Shown one piece after another: positions 23,425 to 28,165 of a stretch of 28,165 nt of DNA. The stretch comes from a virus (Duplodnaviria; Caudoviricetes): positions 1-28,165 of the IMG/VR virus record IMGVR_UViG_3300037420_001135; one strand, given 5' to 3'. How positions within the stretch are numbered: position 1 is the first letter of the stretch; each line of letters opens with the position of its first letter. The notes under the pieces were generated by a model. That model did not search any database. It saw only the letters and a program-made list of their open reading frames with translations, and was not told the DNA's origin. Position numbers and translations under genes: made by a program.

Positions 23425-23438
23425 ACCTTTCCATCTCA
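23412..23438 (+). repeat. dispersed repeat copy 16
   Basis: CATCTCCC-AATAAA-CCTTTCCATCTCA; the spacer carries the stop at 23422-23424 and the next ATG is at 23440. Confidence 0.9.
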
Positions 23439-23439
23439 A

Positions 23440-24537
23440 ATGCTCCAGACCACCACAGCACAAAATATCGTTGACGATGTATCCCAAGATGTCCGCAAGG
23501 TGTTGGGCAACTCTGGAACCGACGCGACCATTATTCTCGGCTATGTCAATCGCGTTCAGCAGAGGATTCTGAGGAATCAGCGCCACCCGTTCCTACTCTC
23601 CGCGCCTAAGCAGTTCGTGACGCAGTTGGGAGTGACGGACTACTGGATCGGCACAAGCGGCTCCGCGACCGCAGGCACCTACGACACGGGACTCAATCTC
23701 ACCGACATCGGATTCATCCAACCTAATCATGTTTGGGATCGGAGCAACAACACGCCGCTAGCGCGAGTCGATTCCGATCCCCTCCCCGTCAGCTTCCAAT
23801 ATCAGGACGGAACATCCCGAATCGGCAGACCGACAAGCTGGCTCGATGTGGATGTAACCACCCCAAACGTCCTCTCCATCTTTCCCGCTCCCGACAATCA
23901 GAACTCTTACCAACCAATCGGCGCGGCTCCTATCTTGTCAACCACCACGAGCGGAGCACTCTCAGCCCGCACTTACTATGTGCGCCTGACGGTTGTGGAT
24001 TCGAATGGTGGGGAGAGTCTGCCGGGGCCAGAAGCACAGGTGTTCGTTCCCGCAAACAAACTCCTGATGGTGAAATCTCCCGCCACGCCGGTCAACCCTG
24101 CGAGCGGAATCCCCTACACAAAGTTCAACGTTTACATTTCGACCACCAGCGGGAGCGAGACCAAGCAAGGAACGGGAACAAACTTCGGCTCAGATTTCAC
24201 GGAATCCATAAGCGGACTCTCCGCAGGCACCCCCCTCCCAACCGCCTCCACTATCGAACCTCTTCGCGGCTATCTGATTGAGTTCCGCTACTACAAGACC
24301 CGTCCGACCGTTTCCTCGCTCGCGACTGTTCTCCTGATCCCCGACGATTACGCCGACATCGTGAAGGCGGGCGTGAACGAACTCACTTTCAAATTCTTGA
24401 AGGCCGATAACGAAGCGGCTTACTGGCAACGCCTCTTTCTCGACGGCCTACGTCAGATCACCCGCGACTACAATCTCCAGCCCTCCGCGAACTCAAACTT
24501 CATCGGCCCCGACCCGATGATGAATAGCAATTTCTAA
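23440..24537 (+). CDS. probable head-tail adaptor with inserted Ig/Fn3-like domain
   Basis: Helical ends, GRPT, FPAPD and LLIPDDY motifs; internal TYYVRLTVVDSNGGES module. Confidence 0.6.
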   Translation: MLQTTTAQNIVDDVSQDVRKVLGNSGTDATIILGYVNRVQQRILRNQRHPFLLSAPKQFVTQLGVTDYWIGTSGSATAGTYDTGLNLTDIGFIQPNHVWDRSNNTPLARVDSDPLPVSFQYQDGTSRIGRPTSWLDVDVTTPNVLSIFPAPDNQNSYQPIGAAPILSTTTSGALSARTYYVRLTVVDSNGGESLPGPEAQVFVPANKLLMVKSPATPVNPASGIPYTKFNVYISTTSGSETKQGTGTNFGSDFTESISGLSAGTPLPTASTIEPLRGYLIEFRYYKTRPTVSSLATVLLIPDDYADIVKAGVNELTFKFLKADNEAAYWQRLFLDGLRQITRDYNLQPSANSNFIGPDPMMNSNF

Positions 24538-24540
24538 GCC

Positions 24541-24593
24541 TGTTCAATATTTCGGCGTGTTCAAAAATATTGAACAAAGACAAATATTGAACA
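24541..24593. repeat. TGTTCAATATTT direct and inverted array
   Basis: Direct copies at 24541 and 24558; inverted AAATATTGAACA at 24565 and 24582. Confidence 0.8.
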
Positions 24594-24598
24594 CAAGC

Positions 24599-24624
24599 CA
24601 TCTCCCATAAACCTTTCAATCTCA
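24599..24624 (+). repeat. dispersed repeat copy 17
   Basis: CATCTCCC-ATAAA-CCTTTCAATCTCA. Confidence 0.9.
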
Positions 24625-24637
24625 CGTATCTCCACAA

Positions 24638-24659
24638 CTGAAAGGTTTTGAGGGAGATG
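24638..24659 (-). repeat. dispersed repeat copy 18 (short form)
   Basis: CTGAAAGG-TTTTGA-GGGAGATG; inverted relative to copy 17, 13 bp away. Confidence 0.9.
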
Positions 24660-24673
24660 AAAAATCCCTCCTG

Positions 24674-26590
24674 ATGGAAGCAGAAATCTCAAAAACAGAT
24701 TCGGGCTATTACTACACCCGCAAGAGCTTTCGCGCTGCGGGAGTGGACGGCTTTACCAAGCCGCCTGGTCAGAATCCGGACCTGTTCGAAAAGCTCGAAA
24801 ACGTCATGCCTCCTTCGGCGGGGAACATCCAGCGCCGTTGGGGGTACACGCTTTTTGCCTCGCCTGCGGCGGCGACCTATCGCCAGATGCAGATGTACGA
24901 GAACGACACCACCAATGCGCGGAGGATTGTGGTGAGTACTTCCTCGCGGGTGGACGCGCTCAATGAGGATGGCACGAATTACGCGCTGGCTCTCTTCACT
25001 CCCTCGACTCAACCACGATTGGTCAACTCCCGTGACTATGCTTACTTCGCTTCGGGCACCAGCGGGGATCTCAAAAAGTGGAACGGAGCTGCCGCTTCGG
25101 GCGTCAGTAAATGGGGGATTGCGAAACCTGTCACGGCCATCAATGTCGGAGCGTCGGTAGCTGGAAGCATCACTCTCCAACGTGGTCGTAACTACTATCT
25201 CGTTTTCAAGAACTCCACCACGGGACAAATCTCAAACCTCAATCCCATCAGCGCCTCGACTGGCCCCATCACATCGCGAAACATTCCCCTCTCTTCTTTG
25301 GAGGTTTCAGCCGATTCCCAAGTCGATCAGAAACTCATTCTCGCGACCGCTGATGGTGGAGATGCAACCACTCTCTATTTCCTTGGCCAAGTCACCAACG
25401 GTACTATCACCTTTACCGACACGATCCCTGAAGCAACTCTCCTTCTCAATCCCATCTATCTCGAAACCAACCAAGCGGGATTGGAGATAGGGGTTAGTGA
25501 CAACGATCCGCCGCCAAACGGGATTTATCCCACCAAGCATCGCGGGCGGATTTTTCTCGCGTCGGGTCAGCTTGTTTACTTCTCGAAAAACGCGAATGAG
25601 GTTGTCACCTCGACCGCAACCACCGCTGGACGTTATGAAGAGTGCTGGCCTGCGGATTACTTTTTCGATTGCTCCGTGGGAGCCGAAGCCATTCGCGGAA
25701 TGATGTCGGATGGGCTTTCCCTTTACATCGGAACCGAGCGTCACATTCGCAGGATTGATGGCGACGGGCCTGATACCTTCTCGCGGCCTGAAGTCATCTT
25801 CAACGAAGCGGGAGTTCTGAATCAGGATGTGTGGAAGGCAGGGTTTGTTGAGGGCGCTCCGGTCGGATGTTTGTGGCTCACGCCCGACTTCCGAGTGATG
25901 GCCTCAAACTTCCAAGCCTACGCAGATGTGGGTTGGCAGGTTCAGCACATCCTCAGCACCATCAACTCTACGGTCGCGCAGAGCAAAGCTCACGCGGTCA
26001 CGGTCTCGAACGCGCAGTATGACATCTACGCACTTGCGATTCCGACTGGTTCGAATACCGAATGCGACACGCTCCTTATCTACGATCTCCGTCGTAAGAC
26101 ATGGGTGGTGTGGTTTCTGACCGACTCCTCCGCCTCGATGTTGTTCAACATCAACGCGAGCGGACTTCCGCAGTTCCTCTTCAGTTCTGCATCGGTCGCA
26201 GGGAAGATTTACAACATCAACGCCTCTGCCACGCAGGACCGGGTGGGCAACACTCCAGCCGATTTCACCTCGACCGTCCAAACCTCCTGGCTTGACCTCG
26301 GACAATCCACCACACGCAAGGTTCTCAACAGCCTTGAGGTGATGACAGCCGATAGCAATCTTGCGGTGAGTGTGGATGGTGCGACGAACGTAGGTGATTT
26401 CTCTTCCCCGACTTCGGTTGTGAGTGGCACGACTCTCACGGGTTCGTACATCGGGGAAAGTTTCGTTCCGCTTGCGGGAAAGACGACCAAGTTCCGTTTC
26501 TACCGATTCAAGTTCGTCTCCACGGCGAATGCCTCGTCGGTGGTGGATTACTACCGAACCAATGTGGTTCCCGTCCACCAGCTCGTTTAA
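24674..26590 (+). CDS. probable tail nozzle / tubular protein (beta-propeller)
   Basis: 638 aa, beta-rich; N-terminal ENV...G.IQRRWG pattern; follows the adaptor. Confidence 0.65.
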   Translation: MEAEISKTDSGYYYTRKSFRAAGVDGFTKPPGQNPDLFEKLENVMPPSAGNIQRRWGYTLFASPAAATYRQMQMYENDTTNARRIVVSTSSRVDALNEDGTNYALALFTPSTQPRLVNSRDYAYFASGTSGDLKKWNGAAASGVSKWGIAKPVTAINVGASVAGSITLQRGRNYYLVFKNSTTGQISNLNPISASTGPITSRNIPLSSLEVSADSQVDQKLILATADGGDATTLYFLGQVTNGTITFTDTIPEATLLLNPIYLETNQAGLEIGVSDNDPPPNGIYPTKHRGRIFLASGQLVYFSKNANEVVTSTATTAGRYEECWPADYFFDCSVGAEAIRGMMSDGLSLYIGTERHIRRIDGDGPDTFSRPEVIFNEAGVLNQDVWKAGFVEGAPVGCLWLTPDFRVMASNFQAYADVGWQVQHILSTINSTVAQSKAHAVTVSNAQYDIYALAIPTGSNTECDTLLIYDLRRKTWVVWFLTDSSASMLFNINASGLPQFLFSSASVAGKIYNINASATQDRVGNTPADFTSTVQTSWLDLGQSTTRKVLNSLEVMTADSNLAVSVDGATNVGDFSSPTSVVSGTTLTGSYIGESFVPLAGKTTKFRFYRFKFVSTANASSVVDYYRTNVVPVHQLV

Positions 26591-26591
26591 C

Positions 26592-26618
26592 CATCTCCCT
26601 CAAAACCTTTCCATCTCA
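26592..26618 (+). repeat. dispersed repeat copy 19
   Basis: CATCTCCC-TCAAAA-CCTTTCCATCTCA between the stop at 26590 and the ATG at 26623. Confidence 0.9.
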
Positions 26619-26622
26619 ATCA

Positions 26623-28165
26623 ATGTCCTTCGAACCTCTCAATTATGGCGACGACCCCACTATTTCGCGTTGGAGTCGTGGTCTCAGCAGTGATTTAAGA
26701 GACCTCAATAATCGAGTCGGACAGGTTGAGAGGCAAAGTCAAGAGACTCAAGTAGTTCTTGCAAACACGGAGATTCCGCTCGATCCAATCTTTACCTCGG
26801 TTAGTGAGAGTGGATATGTGATTGATGGGGTTCTCTATTCGGAAGTCACTTGTTCCTACACTTCTCCGACTCCGCTTGGAACTTTTGCGGGAGTCTTCTT
26901 GGTTGCGAAGAATTACCGTGGTTCGGCAGAGCTGGTAAAAATCCACGAGCACACCTACACAGGGGTTGCAGGTGGTTCGGCTTCTTTTAAAACCACTCTC
27001 CAGCGTACCAACGAAACCATCACGCTTTATCTGGTCGCCAAGAACTCAAGCGAAGCGGCTCGGAGTGATTGGGGCAACGCACCCTCTCAGACAGTTGTTT
27101 TAGATGGAAACGCATCAGCCCCGAATGCTCCGACTGGATTGAGCGCGAGTGCAACGCGTTTCGGTGTTTCGTTAAGTTGGACAGAGAACAGTGAAAGCAA
27201 TCTCGCTGGATATAACGTTTATCGGAACTCTTCCAACAATTCCGGCACCGCGACAAAGATTGCGCCTATTCAAGCTACCAAAACGGGATCGGCTAGCTAT
27301 CAAGACAATACGGCAGACCCAAACGCAACAAACTACTACTGGATCAAGGCCGTAAACACTGCTGATCTTGTAAGTTCTTTTAGCAGCGTTGCCAGCAACA
27401 CTCCCTTGGCTTTGTCGATTCCAGCAGGCAGCAATGTCATCGACAATCCCAGTTTTACGATTGCCGCGCAGCCGAACACCACGGAAATTGCACTAGGGTG
27501 GGTTCCAGGAGTTACCAATGTCGCAGGCACTTTTGGTTATACCCGAGAAACCGGTAGCAATGCTCATTCGAGTGATGCTTGTTTATTCAGCAGTCTGACT
27601 AATTCCGTAGCGATTCCTGGGGGATCCACCCGCTACAGACAAGACTACAGTTCAACAACTCGCATTCCGATTGTTGCAGCCCAGCAATGGGTTGTGAGTT
27701 TTTGGATGTGGACGGCTAGAACAAACGGCCCGACTGCAGGTTTGACGTTTGATGCAGGGGCATATTTTGTTTGTGTTGACACCGCAGGAAACTCCACGCT
27801 TCTAAACATTGCTAACGTGACCACCACCAATGGCGGATGGACACGCTACACAAAAGCAGTCACCGTTCCTGCGGCGGGTGCAAACCCGTGGTCTTACGCT
27901 TATATTCTTCCCTATACAGGCGTAACGAACACCACTGGGGCACCAATCACCCCACTAACCTTGGAATGGGACACACGGTTTGACGATTTCATCGTTACCC
28001 GCCAAAACACCACTTACGAACAATCAGGAGTCAACACTGGCAACACTCCTGATCCTCAACCGCTTAGTCAATCAGGGGTCTCTCTTACCGTCCTAGTCTC
28101 TGCGTTCACGATGTATTTCGGATTTGGGACTGTGAGTTACAACTCAGGTTCCCTTTCGGTCGCTT
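26623..28165 (+). CDS. tail fibre/host-specificity-like protein with Fn3 domain, partial (no stop in window)
   Basis: MSFEPLNYGDDP...; PNAPTGLSA...LSWTENSESNLAGYNVYR Fn3 pattern; absent from the ORF track, consistent with no stop codon. Confidence 0.8.
   Translation, partial: MSFEPLNYGDDPTISRWSRGLSSDLRDLNNRVGQVERQSQETQVVLANTEIPLDPIFTSVSESGYVIDGVLYSEVTCSYTSPTPLGTFAGVFLVAKNYRGSAELVKIHEHTYTGVAGGSASFKTTLQRTNETITLYLVAKNSSEAARSDWGNAPSQTVVLDGNASAPNAPTGLSASATRFGVSLSWTENSESNLAGYNVYRNSSNNSGTATKIAPIQATKTGSASYQDNTADPNATNYYWIKAVNTADLVSSFSSVASNTPLALSIPAGSNVIDNPSFTIAAQPNTTEIALGWVPGVTNVAGTFGYTRETGSNAHSSDACLFSSLTNSVAIPGGSTRYRQDYSSTTRIPIVAAQQWVVSFWMWTARTNGPTAGLTFDAGAYFVCVDTAGNSTLLNIANVTTTNGGWTRYTKAVTVPAAGANPWSYAYILPYTGVTNTTGAPITPLTLEWDTRFDDFIVTRQNTTYEQSGVNTGNTPDPQPLSQSGVSLTVLVSAFTMYFGFGTVSYNSGSLSVA

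Noticed and set aside
241-26618. Dispersed repeat as a CRISPR array
   Set aside because: Copies are scattered in both orientations, mostly hundreds to thousands of bp apart, with no regular spacers and no cas genes.
1-28165. Integrase, transposase or reverse transcriptase explaining the repeats
   Set aside because: No such motifs were recognised in any ORF here; an acting enzyme could lie outside the window.

Overview
This window is part of a tailed, probably podovirus-like, phage genome. Bases 1-4.8 kb hold minus-strand early genes: small hypothetical and Zn-ribbon proteins plus two ribbon-helix-helix regulators. Bases 5.1-28.2 kb hold plus-strand late genes: an HNH protein, probable TerS, TerL, two large signal-peptide-bearing fibre/enzyme proteins, an opposite-strand FkbM methyltransferase, portal, scaffold, major capsid, SleB-like lysin, and tail adaptor, nozzle and fibre. 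The capsid gene is split by a group I intron (19575-20270) that encodes a LAGLIDADG endonuclease. The main unexplained structure is a bipartite repeat, CATCTCCC-N4-7-CCTTTC(ATCTCA), found in 19 copies by eye. Most copies sit at gene junctions, some supply stop or start codons, and three inverted pairs bracket small Cys-rich ORFs. Other features are six GGTGAAGTC-N17-GTCTAATT promoter-like motifs, three candidate structured RNAs (one exposing both repeat boxes), and a shared GLG-x-D-x-I-T leader on scaffold and capsid. All calls come from reading the sequence; no database searches were run.
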